64,000 nucleotides of DNA from Candidatus Marinacidobacterales bacterium. Lineage in GTDB: Bacteria; Acidobacteriota; Vicinamibacteria; Marinacidobacterales; SMYC01. The stretch lies in assembly GCA_965224085.1 (NCBI GenBank), contig CBDCYI010000004.1, forward strand, positions 544,001 through 608,000. Reading direction: 5' to 3'. This document shows positions 31,768-41,459 of the stretch, in pieces. The notes beneath the pieces are model-generated. The model had not been told where the DNA came from. It made no database searches and worked only from the letters and a program-made list of their open reading frames with translations. Position 1 is the stretch's first letter; each line of letters starts with the position of its first letter. Position numbers and translations under genes: made by a program.

Positions 31768-32766
31768 ATGGCGCCGATGAAGCTCTACGACACGCCGAGC
31801 ACGGAATACGCGTTCGGCTATCACGAAGCGCCCCGCTCCGGCAACGGTATCAACGGCCATGGCGAGAAAACCAAGAGGCGCGCGAGCCACGTCTTTCACA
31901 ATGCGACTGGCGAAAAACTCGCCTGGAGAGCGCTCGACGATTTCTTCAGCTATATCAACGATTGGCGCATCGTGCGCTACATCCTCGCCAACACGTGGCA
32001 GCTCCGGCGCCAGGACGGGCCCGTCGCACGCGACCGCGAGACCGTCGAGGACACCACGGCTGCCGCGGCCGCGATCAAAGACAAAGCCCTCGAGCTTGGC
32101 GCAGGACTCGTCGGTATCACCCTCGTCACCGAGGACGCGCTCTTCGAAGGTCACGAAGCTCCGCACCCGAATGCCATCTGCATCGGTCTCTCCATGGATC
32201 GCGAGGAGATGACCCACGTGCCGCATAAACGGGCAGCCATCGAAGTGATGCGCGCTTATCATGAAGTGTCCCGCATCGCGCTCGAGCTCGCCGAGCACAT
32301 CCGCGACCTCGGTTGGTCCGCTAAAGCCTACGGCAACCCCAACAGCACGGAGATCCTGCACATCCCACTCGCGATTCGAGCGGGCCTCGGAGAACTCGGC
32401 AAGCATGGCTCGATGATCTCGAAGGAGTACGGTTCCAACTTTCGTTTCGCGGCCGTGCTCACGGACATGCCTCTCGCCTTCGACGAGCCCGTCGATCACG
32501 GTGTCGAAGACCTCTGCCTGCACTGCCGGCGCTGTGTCATCGACTGCCCGCCCAAAGCACTCTTCGACAACAAGCAGTGGGTGCGCGGCGTCGAGCGGTG
32601 GTACGTGGACTTCGACAAGTGTCTCCCGTATTTCGTGAAGACCTATGGCTGCGCGATTTGCATCGAAGTCTGTCCTTGGAGCGAGCCGGGGACGGGCCCC
32701 GCGCTCTCGGAAACCCTACTAGCCAAACGAAAGCCGGCGAGCCGTCAGCCGAACAAATCGAGCTAG
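31768..32766 (+). CDS. reductive dehalogenase/QueG-like 2x[4Fe-4S] protein
   Basis: LGAGLVGIT, AGLGELG, YGSNFRF..VLTDMPL, CLHCRRCVIDCP and C..GCAICIEVCPW. Confidence 0.8.
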   Translation: MAPMKLYDTPSTEYAFGYHEAPRSGNGINGHGEKTKRRASHVFHNATGEKLAWRALDDFFSYINDWRIVRYILANTWQLRRQDGPVARDRETVEDTTAAAAAIKDKALELGAGLVGITLVTEDALFEGHEAPHPNAICIGLSMDREEMTHVPHKRAAIEVMRAYHEVSRIALELAEHIRDLGWSAKAYGNPNSTEILHIPLAIRAGLGELGKHGSMISKEYGSNFRFAAVLTDMPLAFDEPVDHGVEDLCLHCRRCVIDCPPKALFDNKQWVRGVERWYVDFDKCLPYFVKTYGCAICIEVCPWSEPGTGPALSETLLAKRKPASRQPNKSS

Positions 32767-33291
32767 CCGAGTCCTATACGAAATCGCTATTCTTGGCTGC
32801 GTGGAACTCGACGCTGGTTTGCCTATACTGGCTTGAGATGGTGGAAGTCGAGACACGCCGCATCATCATCGTGGGCGACGATCGGCTGGCGGTCGCGGGT
32901 TTGGCCCATGTCCTCGGGAGCGAAATCGATCCACGCGAAATCGTGACCGCCGCGCCATCCGATGCTGCCCTCGACGAAGCTGATGTCTGCATTTGGGACC
33001 TCGCCACCCACCCACCCGGCGACCTCGAGCTCCCATCGGAACCTCCGGTCGTAGTGCTCGTTCGGGACGGAGCGCTCGCACGTCAAGCGTTTGCGGCCGG
33101 CGCGCGCGGCGCGCTCCTGAGGGACGCTTCTGCCAGGCGGATCGCGTGTGCGATCGACTCTGTGCTCGACGGTCTCGTCGTCCTCGACCCTGAGCTCGTC
33201 GAAGAAGCGATGCGGCCGCCGTCAACCGGCCTTACGACGATGGAGCCCCTGACACCCCGAGAGCTCGAAGTGCTCGAGCAGCTCGCGCTTA

Positions 33292-34651
33292 GGGACTGTT
33301 ACATATTAATATTTACAATACACTGTCATTGCTGCTATCCTCTGCTGGTTGCGAGACTATACGAGGATGGCAACAGATCGAAAGGTACCAGAGTCTGAGC
33401 GTCACTGGTTGAGGGTGCTGGGGACGTTGAACGAAGCGCAAGCGCGTGTTTTTGTGGCTCAACGGGCGCTTGAAGAAGGACGCGGCGGGGTCAGTCGGCT
33501 GTCACGACTTACGGGGATGTCGCGGCCGACCATCATGAAGGGCGTGGCGGAACTCAAAGCGAAAGCGCCGATAGTTGATGACGACAGCGCCCGAGTGCGC
33601 AAGCCTGGCGGGGGGAGAAAGCGGGTCGAGGAGTTAGACCCGAGAATCGAGCGGCAGCTGAAGAAGATCCTCGACGAAAGAACCGCCGGCGACCCGATGA
33701 AGCATCTCAAATGGACGAACAAGTCCACGAGAGCGATGGCGGAGGAGCTTGAACGCAAAGGTCACGATGTCTCGCACGTGACAGTTGCTCGACGCCTAGG
33801 AGAAATGGGTTACTCGCTGCAAGCTAACGTGAAGAGACTGGAAGGGGATCAGCACCCGGATCGGGACAAACAGTTTCGTTACATCAACAAGCAAGTAAGC
33901 AAGTTCATGCGAAGCAAGGATCCGGTCGTGAGCGTCGATACCAAGAAGAAGGAATTGATAGGAGCCTTTGAAAACAGGGGTAAAACGTGGAGGAAGAAGA
34001 AGGGCGGAGGTGAGCCGGTTCTTGTACACGACTTCCCCAGTATGGCTGAGGGCAAAGCAATTCCCTATGGGACTTACGATGTGTCCCGCGACGAAGCGCT
34101 GGTCAACGTCGGCATTACTCACGAGACTGCGGAATTCGCGGTAGAAAGCATCCGGAGATGGTGGCGCATACTCGGAAAAAAGTCTTATCCGATGGCGAAA
34201 CGTCTGCTTGTTTGCGCGGACGCCGGTGGAAGCAACGGAAACCGGCTGCGAGGCTGGAAGCTCCACCTCCAAAAGCTATCGGACCAACTGAAGATTCCCA
34301 TCACCGTATGCCACTATCCACCGGGAACCAGTAAATGGAACAAAATCGAACATCGACTATTCTCCTTTGTCAGCATGAACTGGAAAGGACGGCCTCTCGT
34401 GAGCTACGAGGCGGTCGTCAATCTTATCGGCAACACCAAGACCCGAACCGGCTTGAAGGTAAAGGCCATGCTGGACAAGAACTCCTACGAGACAGGCCAG
34501 AAGGTCAGTAACGAAGAAATGCAGGAGCTTCGACTCAAAATCCACCCCTTCTACGGCAACTGGAATTACACTCTCCATCCCCGACGTGCTTGATTGAGGG
34601 TATTAATTCTTACCGAACTCGTATTTGTAAATATTATTATGTAACATAACC
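33292..34651 (+). mobile_element. ISAzo13-family insertion sequence, apparently complete
   Basis: Imperfect terminal inverted repeats (TGTTACATAwTAATATTTACAA) with TTA duplicated at 33289-33291 and 34652-34654. Confidence 0.9.
33367..34593 (+). CDS. ISAzo13-family transposase
   Basis: SVDTKKKEL, DAGGSNG, HYPPGTSKWNKIEHRLFS, WNY. Confidence 0.95.
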   Translation: MATDRKVPESERHWLRVLGTLNEAQARVFVAQRALEEGRGGVSRLSRLTGMSRPTIMKGVAELKAKAPIVDDDSARVRKPGGGRKRVEELDPRIERQLKKILDERTAGDPMKHLKWTNKSTRAMAEELERKGHDVSHVTVARRLGEMGYSLQANVKRLEGDQHPDRDKQFRYINKQVSKFMRSKDPVVSVDTKKKELIGAFENRGKTWRKKKGGGEPVLVHDFPSMAEGKAIPYGTYDVSRDEALVNVGITHETAEFAVESIRRWWRILGKKSYPMAKRLLVCADAGGSNGNRLRGWKLHLQKLSDQLKIPITVCHYPPGTSKWNKIEHRLFSFVSMNWKGRPLVSYEAVVNLIGNTKTRTGLKVKAMLDKNSYETGQKVSNEEMQELRLKIHPFYGNWNYTLHPRRA

Positions 34652-34806
34652 TTAGACTCTCCAATAAAGACATCGCAACCCGGCTCGGCGTGAGCCCGCA
34701 CACCGCCAAATTCCACGTCAACTCGTTGATCGGCAAGCTCGGTGCCAACTCTCGTACCGAGGTCGTTGCCATGGCGGCCCGCGCCGGACTCGTCACGTTC
34801 TAGAAA

Positions 34807-34838
34807 CTACCCGAATGGGTAGGCGGCACCTACCCGTT
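34807..34838. promoter_or_regulatory. putative NarL/LuxR-type operator upstream of protease pair
   Basis: Palindrome CTACCC-GAAT-GGGTAG (34807-34822) and a second CTACCCG 23 bp downstream. Confidence 0.55.
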
Positions 34839-34880
34839 CTCTCGATGCGAGGGCGATAGCTTTACGGCTAATCTCGGTGC

Positions 34881-35765
34881 ATGGCAAACACACTAGACGC
34901 ACTATCCCAAGACATCGCACGCATCGCCTCCAAAGCGCGTCCGAGCGTCGTAGCGATCGATGGACGCCGTGTCGCGCCCTCGAGCGGGATCGTGTGGAAC
35001 AGCGAAGGGATCGTGATCGCCGCAGCGCACACACTGGAATCCGACGACAGCGTCGAGCTGACGGACGCTTCCGGCGCGCGCAAGAACGCCACGCTCGTCG
35101 GACGTGACCCGGGCACCGACGTCGCCGTCCTGCGAGCGACCGACCTCGACAAACCCACACCCGATTGGCCGGATTGGACGGATACAGGCCGCCTCGAGGC
35201 CGGACACCTGGCCGTGGTCGTGGCGCGTCGCCGAAGCAGTCTCGTCGCCGTGAACGTGGTCGACGAAGAGTGGACCACTCGCAGCGGCGGCCGCCTCGAT
35301 CGCTATATCGAGATCGACCCGAAACGCTTCCGCGGTTTCTCGGGAAGCCTTCTACTCAATGGCAACGGCCAGGCGCAGGGCATGAACACTACCGGACTCG
35401 CGCGACGCAAACCGTTGACGGTACCCACGGAAACGCTTCGTCGCGTCGTCGACAATCTGATCGAACACGGTGAGGTTCGTCGCGGGTTCCTCGGTATCAC
35501 AACGTCGCCGGTGCGACTTCCTAACACGGTGAAATCGCAAGACGTCGGACTCTTGATCCTCTCAGTGCAAACAGGGGGTCCCGCCGCGGCGGCCGAGCTC
35601 TTTCTCGGTGACGTCGTCCTAGCAATCGACGGCGAAATCGCGCAGAGCCCGATCGCACTCCTTACCTCCCTCACCGAGGAGCGCATCGGCCACAACGTCG
35701 ACGTGCGCATTCTCCGCGCCGGCAAAGAGAAAACCGTCAGCGTGCTACTAGGTAAAAGAAAATGA
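34881..35765 (+). CDS. S1C (HtrA-like) serine protease with PDZ domain
   Basis: AAH, DVAVL, GFSGS, GFLGI PDZ loop; no signal peptide. Confidence 0.85.
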   Translation: MANTLDALSQDIARIASKARPSVVAIDGRRVAPSSGIVWNSEGIVIAAAHTLESDDSVELTDASGARKNATLVGRDPGTDVAVLRATDLDKPTPDWPDWTDTGRLEAGHLAVVVARRRSSLVAVNVVDEEWTTRSGGRLDRYIEIDPKRFRGFSGSLLLNGNGQAQGMNTTGLARRKPLTVPTETLRRVVDNLIEHGEVRRGFLGITTSPVRLPNTVKSQDVGLLILSVQTGGPAAAAELFLGDVVLAIDGEIAQSPIALLTSLTEERIGHNVDVRILRAGKEKTVSVLLGKRK

Positions 35766-36733
35766 TCGTCGGCATCGACGAGGCTGAGGCTCTAGACGCC
35801 TATTCGAAAGCGGTAACTTGCGTTGCCGAAGAGCTCAGCCCGTCGGTCGTCAAAGTCGACGTCGAGAATGCCAAAGGGAAGTCACCATCCCATCGCCGCC
35901 GCAACTCCGGCAGTGGCTCGGGCTTCGTCTTCACGCCGGACGGCTTCGTGCTCACGAACAGCCACGTCGTTGCGGGCGCTCGGCGCATCGAGGTCACCCT
36001 CATCGACGGACGCTCCCTCGAGGCCGATCTCGTCGGCGACGACCCGGACACGGCTCTGGCAGTTGTCCGCGTCTCCGTCAGTGCGTCCGACCTCGTGCCA
36101 GCCAGGCTCGGAAACTCGCGCACGCTCAAAGTCGGCCAGCTCGTCGTGGCGATCGGGAACCCGTTAGGTTTCCAGTGCACGGTCACCGCCGGCGTCGTGA
36201 GCGCGTTGGGCCGATCGCTCCGTTCTCAATCCGGTCGTCTCATCGAAGGCATCATTCAAACCGACGCCGCGCTCAATCCCGGAAACTCCGGTGGACCGCT
36301 CGTGAGCTCCGCAGGACGTGTCGTCGGCCTCAACACCGCGACCATCATGGGAGCTCAAGGTCTGTGCTTTGCTATCCCGAGCACGATCATCTCGCACACG
36401 GCAGGCGTTTTGATCCGAGATGGGAGATTACGACGAAGCTATATCGGCGTGCGCGGCCAGGATGTGCCCGTCTCGAGACGCCTGACGCGTGCTCACGAGA
36501 TCACGAACGAGCGAGGCGTCCTGATCGTGTCTGTGGAGAAGCGCAGCGCCGCAGATGAAGCCGGACTTCGAAAGGGTGACATCGTCATCGCCCTCGACTC
36601 CACTCCGGTGCAAGGCATCGACGACTTGCTGCGTCTTCTAACTGAAGATCGGATCGGATCGACGAACGAGCTGAAACTCCTGAGGGGCACAGAAACGAGG
36701 ACGCTTTCGATCCAACCCGCTGAAAGGCCTTAG
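35762..36733 (+). CDS. S1C (HtrA-like) serine protease with PDZ domain
   Basis: GSGSGF, TNSHVV, IQTDAALNPGNSGGPL, PDZ domain. Confidence 0.9.
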   Translation: MIVGIDEAEALDAYSKAVTCVAEELSPSVVKVDVENAKGKSPSHRRRNSGSGSGFVFTPDGFVLTNSHVVAGARRIEVTLIDGRSLEADLVGDDPDTALAVVRVSVSASDLVPARLGNSRTLKVGQLVVAIGNPLGFQCTVTAGVVSALGRSLRSQSGRLIEGIIQTDAALNPGNSGGPLVSSAGRVVGLNTATIMGAQGLCFAIPSTIISHTAGVLIRDGRLRRSYIGVRGQDVPVSRRLTRAHEITNERGVLIVSVEKRSAADEAGLRKGDIVIALDSTPVQGIDDLLRLLTEDRIGSTNELKLLRGTETRTLSIQPAERP

Positions 36734-36763
36734 GGCCCAAGTTCGACACCCCGCGACGGATCG

Positions 36764-37807
36764 TCAGCCGAACAAATCTAGCTGATGGAGCTGACCGGGT
36801 CTTCGAAACCGCGTCGCATCGAGAGACGGCAAGGGTTTGTCGAGCCCCAACTTTCGCGCGGCGACGCGAAAACGCTTTTCCAGGATCGCCGCGTAAGGTC
36901 CCGTCCCGCGCATGCGCTCGCCAAACTGCGAGCGGTGGAGCTCACCGCCATGCGACTGCCGCATCAAGCTCAAGACATGCGTGGCCTTGTCCGGATAGTG
37001 AGCCTCGAGCCATTCCGCGAACAGCTCTTTGAGCTCGAGAGGTAGTCGCAAAAGGATGTAACCGACGCTCGTTGCACCTGCGGCGGCCGAGGCCTCGAGA
37101 ATACGCTCGAGCTCCGAGTCGTTGAGCGCGGGGATCATCGGGGACGCCAAAACGCCGCAAGGAACACCGGCGGCGGAGAGCTCGGCGATTGCTGAGAGCC
37201 TCTTTTGGGGCTTCGACGCGCGCGGCTCCATCCGGCTGGCGAGCTCGGGGTCGAGCGTCGTGATGGAAAGGAACACATGAGCGAGCCCTTTTTTCGCCAT
37301 CGGCGCTAACAGATCCAAATCGCGCAGCACGAGATGCGATTTGGTGACGATGCCTACTGGATGCTCGTGCTCGGCCAAGACTTCGAGCACGCGCCGCGTG
37401 ATTCCGTGCTCGCGCTCGGCGGGCTGGTACGGATCGGTATTGGACCCAAGAGCGATCGGTTCCGGGCGATACTTGGGCTTCGCGAGCTCTTTCTTCAACA
37501 GCTCCGGCGCCTTGGGCTTCGAAAAGATTCTCGTCTCGAAATCTAGGCCGGGCGACAAACCGAGATAAGCGTGGGTGGGCCGCGCGAAGCAGTAGATACA
37601 CCCATGTTCGCAGCCGCGATAGGGGTTTACCGAGACCGAGAACGGAACATCGGGTGAGTCGTTCTTCGCGAGGATCGAGCGCGTGCTGTCGGGCGATACG
37701 ATGGTCTCGACTCGGTCCCGTTCTTCGATCGGGACGTATCCGACATATTCAAGCCGCTCGAAACGGCCGGTGGCGTTACTCCCCGCGCCACGACCTTTGC
37801 GTTGCAT
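36764..37807 (-). CDS. PA0069-family radical SAM protein
   Basis: NPYRGCEHGCIYCFARPTH, NTDPYQP, C-terminal QLDLF. Confidence 0.92.
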   Translation of the reverse strand: MQRKGRGAGSNATGRFERLEYVGYVPIEERDRVETIVSPDSTRSILAKNDSPDVPFSVSVNPYRGCEHGCIYCFARPTHAYLGLSPGLDFETRIFSKPKAPELLKKELAKPKYRPEPIALGSNTDPYQPAEREHGITRRVLEVLAEHEHPVGIVTKSHLVLRDLDLLAPMAKKGLAHVFLSITTLDPELASRMEPRASKPQKRLSAIAELSAAGVPCGVLASPMIPALNDSELERILEASAAAGATSVGYILLRLPLELKELFAEWLEAHYPDKATHVLSLMRQSHGGELHRSQFGERMRGTGPYAAILEKRFRVAARKLGLDKPLPSLDATRFRRPGQLHQLDLFG

Positions 37808-37825
37808 CTAGACTAAACTACCTCA

Positions 37826-38734
37826 GTGAGCGAGTGGGACGCCATTGGGATAGGGCTCGTCGTGCGCGACATCAGTGTCCTCATGGACCGCTTCCCCGCC
37901 CCGGACAAAAAAATCTCCGCGCGGGAGCTCCACGAATCCGGGGGCGGCCCGGTCCCCACAGCGCTCGTCACGCTGGCGCGTCTCGGGCGCAAGACCGCGA
38001 TCGCCGGGCTCGTGGGCAACGATGCCGTGGGCCGCTTCATCCGAGAGGGCCTCCTGAACGAGAACATCGATACGAACGCTATCACCGTGCGCGAGGGCTT
38101 CGAATCTCCCACGAGTATCATCGTCGTCGAGAACGGGCGTCGCACGATCCTAGAAGCGCCTCACGAGATCGGATTGCCTCTAGCTTGGGACGACGTGCGC
38201 GGCCTCCCGCTCGACGACTGCGACGCGCTTCTCGTCGATGCGCGCACCGTGCCGGTGCAAATCGAGGCCGCTCTTCATGTGCGCAGATCCGGCGGTCTCG
38301 TCGTGCTGGACTGCGGCCATCCGCGCGAAGGCGTCGAGGAGCTCGTGAGCTCGACCGACATCGCGATTTTCTCCCATACTTATCCGAGCGCGCTACACGG
38401 TGCCGATTACGACGTGGCCGCGTTTTTGAACGACACGATCGAACGTCTTCCGAAGGACGGCCCTGCCATTGTCGGCGTGACGCTCGGCGCCGACGGCTGC
38501 GCGGTCGCGAGCCGAGATACTCCGATGGTGCGGGCGAAAGCGCCGGTGATCAAAGCACTAGACACAACCGGCGCCGGCGATGTCTTTCACGGTGCTTTTA
38601 CGCATGCCTACTTGAAGACGCGCTCGATCGCCGAGTCCGCGCGATTCGCGAACGCGGCGGCAGCCAAGAAATGCGAAGGTATGACGGGACGCGCGCCCAT
38701 CCTCTCAGAGGAGGAGCTTTGGGCCGCTGGCTGA
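37826..38734 (+). CDS. PfkB-family carbohydrate kinase
   Basis: GGG..TA...LARLG, VGND..G, DTTGAGDVF. Confidence 0.9.
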   Translation: MSEWDAIGIGLVVRDISVLMDRFPAPDKKISARELHESGGGPVPTALVTLARLGRKTAIAGLVGNDAVGRFIREGLLNENIDTNAITVREGFESPTSIIVVENGRRTILEAPHEIGLPLAWDDVRGLPLDDCDALLVDARTVPVQIEAALHVRRSGGLVVLDCGHPREGVEELVSSTDIAIFSHTYPSALHGADYDVAAFLNDTIERLPKDGPAIVGVTLGADGCAVASRDTPMVRAKAPVIKALDTTGAGDVFHGAFTHAYLKTRSIAESARFANAAAAKKCEGMTGRAPILSEEELWAAG

Positions 38735-39694
38735 GCTTCGCGGCGCTCCTATTGGCGGCGCCGGCGTCGGGCGAAGATTGTAAGACAGCCTTCGCACGCA
38801 GCGAGATCTCTCCTGAATACATCTCCATCGTGGACACCTATCGCAACCGTCAATGGCTCGTGGCCGTTCAATCCGTCGCGCGCCTCGACCACAAAGCGCT
38901 CGAGTCTTTCGTCAAGCAGCTCGAGCCGGCTCCTATGGACGAGCACTCGCATCCGTGCGTCGAAGCGGCGGCGTTGCTCCACACCGATACGGCGATCTAC
39001 GTCGTCGAGGACGGCGATTGGACAAAAGCGTTCGTCCATTTCGAGCTCGGGCGGACGCTCAGCCGCAAGGTCGGGCGGCACTTCGAGCGAGATTGGCTTC
39101 TTGCCGTCGCTCTCTACTACCAGGGACTGATTTTTGCTGGGGACCGTGAGATCGGCTTCCGGGAAGCCACCGCCCTTTTCGACGACGCGCTCGACCGTCA
39201 CCCCGCCGACGCGGAGATCCTCGTCGCCGCCGGGGCGCTCTGGGAGTGGTCGGGATCGCTCCCTTTTGGCGAGCCGGACCATATGAAGCGGGCGGAACGC
39301 CTTTACGCACGCGCTCTCGAGCAAGAACCAGGCCTCGCGGAGGCTAAACTACGCTACGGCAATGTTTTGGAAAAAAAAGAGGCCGGTTCGATGACGCATT
39401 ATGTATAGAGCCCGCATGGTACTCGGGAATCTGGCGGAGCGGCGCGGGCTCCCCGAGCCGGCCATCCTCCATTACCAAGCCGCTATCAAGCTGGAGCCGA
39501 ATTGGCAGATTGGCTTTCTCGCGCTGAGCCACGCACTTCACACGGCTTCGGAGCGCGAAGCGTCGCGCACCGCGCTCGAGGAGGCACTGATCTTGTCGGA
39601 TTCTAAGCAAAGCGGTTGGTGGGAATACGAGCTCGGCTTGAGTGAGCGCGCGGATCCGCTCTTTTCATCGATGCGCGAGGCCTTGGCGCGATGA
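38719..39694 (+). CDS. exported TPR protein, frame disrupted near 39370-39400
   Basis: TTG after GAGGAG, signal peptide, TPR-like helices; two ORF pieces meet near an A8 run; upstream of VWA gene. Confidence 0.6.
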
Positions 39695-40620
39695 CAGGAC
39701 TCTCCTGGATGCTCGCAGCTTTCATCATCCAACCGCAGACCCCTCTTTTCAGAACAACGACCGAGATCGTCCAAGTCGACGTCTATGTCGGCCGCGACGG
39801 CCGGGCGGTGCTCGGGCTCGGCGCATCGGATTTCGAGCTGTTCGAGGACGGCGAGCGCCAAGAGCTCGATCTCGTCGACGCTCAAAACATTCCGGTACAC
39901 ATCGCCCTCGTGCTCGACACGAGCGGCAGCGTCGCGGGCATACGCCTGAGTCATTTGCGCGAGGCAGCGATTCAGCTACTGGACGATCTCGACGATGAAG
40001 ACGAAGCCGCCCTCATTTCGTTCTCGCATCACTTGAAGCGGGACGCCGAGCTGATGCGAGACAAAGACCAAGTGCGGGACGCGATCGAGGCGGTCGAGGC
40101 TTACGGTGCCACCGCGTGGCACGATGCACTTTTCGTCGGGCTCAAGACGGTCGAGAACGTCGAGCACCGCCCCATGGTGTTGCTCTTCACGGATGGAATC
40201 GACACTTACAGCTGGCTCCGCGAAGAGCAAATGCTTCCGCTCGTCGAGCAGTCTCAGGCTGTCATCTACGCCATTGGACGAAAAGAGCGTCTGCCGAAGT
40301 TCGGTCGGGGGACGCTTCGCCATTCAGCTTTAGCGCGGGACCGCGCGCGCCGGGCTGCCCGCGACGCCAACGCCGAACGGACCCGTCTTCTTCGCAAGCT
40401 CACAGAGACGAGCGGCGGACGTTTCATCGAGACCGACACGACCGAGAATCTAGGACCGATCTTCTCGACGATCCTCGCCGAGATAAAGACACGCTATCTG
40501 TTGTCCTATCGTCCGCGGGAGCCGATCCACGAGGGGTGGCATACCCTCTCGGTCAAAGTCAACGTCCGCGGCGTCGAGGTCCATGCGCGGCGGGGATACT
40601 TTTATGAAAAGAAGCGCTAG
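39691..40620 (+). CDS. VWA-domain protein (acidobacterial VWFA-related type)
   Basis: FRTTTEIVQVDV, DFELFEDG, LDTSGS MIDAS, TDG.D, SGG, ARRGYF. Confidence 0.88.
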   Translation: MTGLSWMLAAFIIQPQTPLFRTTTEIVQVDVYVGRDGRAVLGLGASDFELFEDGERQELDLVDAQNIPVHIALVLDTSGSVAGIRLSHLREAAIQLLDDLDDEDEAALISFSHHLKRDAELMRDKDQVRDAIEAVEAYGATAWHDALFVGLKTVENVEHRPMVLLFTDGIDTYSWLREEQMLPLVEQSQAVIYAIGRKERLPKFGRGTLRHSALARDRARRAARDANAERTRLLRKLTETSGGRFIETDTTENLGPIFSTILAEIKTRYLLSYRPREPIHEGWHTLSVKVNVRGVEVHARRGYFYEKKR

Positions 40621-41136
40621 CTTTCTAGTCTTCCTGGTGCTGACGCTCGACGCGTCCGCGGGGCCGAAAGAGACCGCTCTCGCGTGGCTCGCGGAGCAGC
40701 ACGATCATCTGAACGACGTGTCCGAAGCCCTTTGGGCAATGCCGGAGCCGCCGCACGCGGAGCGGTGCTCGCCGTGAAGCGAGCAAACGATGAGCACGGC
40801 TTTCGAGGCACGGTGCGCTTTTTTCGGCGCTCCCGCTGAAGAGATTTATCACGGCGGCGCCTACATGGCGCGGACGACGTGGATGCACTTTTGTTCTGGC
40901 ATCCTTCCGCCGTCACGACCGTGATCACGAGGAGCGGACTCGCGATGGACTCTATCCGCTTCGTCTTCGACGGTCTCGCCTCGGACGCCACCGACGCAGC
41001 AGCCAAAGGCGTGAGCGCGCTCGCCGCAGCCTATGAGCTTAGAGAGTTCGACACCGCGCGCGGAGACGCGATCTATGAATCCCCGCTGCCCGCCGAGCTC
41101 GGACCGTTCGAATGCTTGAAGCCTCGGCCCCGTTAG
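40604..41136 (+). pseudogene. M20/AbgB-like amidohydrolase relic with multiple deletions
   Basis: Signal peptide + LWAMPE, then GTVRFFGAPAEE, WHP, SAL and a C-terminal YESPLP in different frames. Confidence 0.65.
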
Positions 41137-41180
41137 TCAAGCGAAAGACGGAACCACGCGAACAAGATCGGCTGGCACAC

Positions 41181-41213
41181 AAAAAAAAGGGAGGGGCACT
41201 CACCCCCCCCCTC
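41181..41213 (-). terminator. intrinsic terminator of the basic microprotein gene
   Basis: G-rich/C-rich stem followed by T8 on the minus strand. Confidence 0.75.
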
Positions 41214-41234
41214 TTATTACCCCTGAGGAAGTCC

Positions 41235-41312
41235 CTACTTTTTCTTTGCAGCTTTTTTCTTTGCAGCCTTCTTCTTGGTGGTCTTTTTCTTAGCTGCCTT
41301 TTTTTTCGCCAT
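41235..41312 (-). CDS. 25-aa Lys-rich microprotein MAKKKAAKKKTTKKKAAKKKAAKKK
   Basis: GGAGGTGA RBS, ATG to TAG, synonymous variation between repeats, dedicated promoter and terminator. Confidence 0.75.
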   Translation of the reverse strand: MAKKKAAKKKTTKKKAAKKKAAKKK

Positions 41313-41415
41313 TACTCATCACCTCCTCTCTTCATGGATTAGAGCGTCACGCCGCCCCAATGAAGACACGCAACACAAAGTTCTGCTCGTATGAGAAGTT
41401 GATTGCACTAGCTGT

Positions 41416-41444
41416 AGGGTAAAGAGGTATAAGAGTGGTGTCAA
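41416..41444 (-). promoter_or_regulatory. sigma70-type promoter for the microprotein
   Basis: TTGACA-N17-TACCCT on the minus strand. Confidence 0.65.
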
Positions 41445-41459
41445 GCGGTTTTTGGTGAT

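Larger units (their letters stand above)
32838..34803 (+). pseudogene. NarL/LuxR-family response regulator split by ISAzo13
   Basis: Receiver-like domain + LTPRELEVL (to ~33291) resumes at ~34655 with LSNKDIA.RLGVS.HT.KFHV; stop at 34803. Confidence 0.9.

Noticed and set aside
37654-38718. Long N-terminal extension of the 584-aa ORF
   Set aside because: Arg-rich alternative frame over the pfkB gene; the real start is likely TTG 38719 after GAGGAG.
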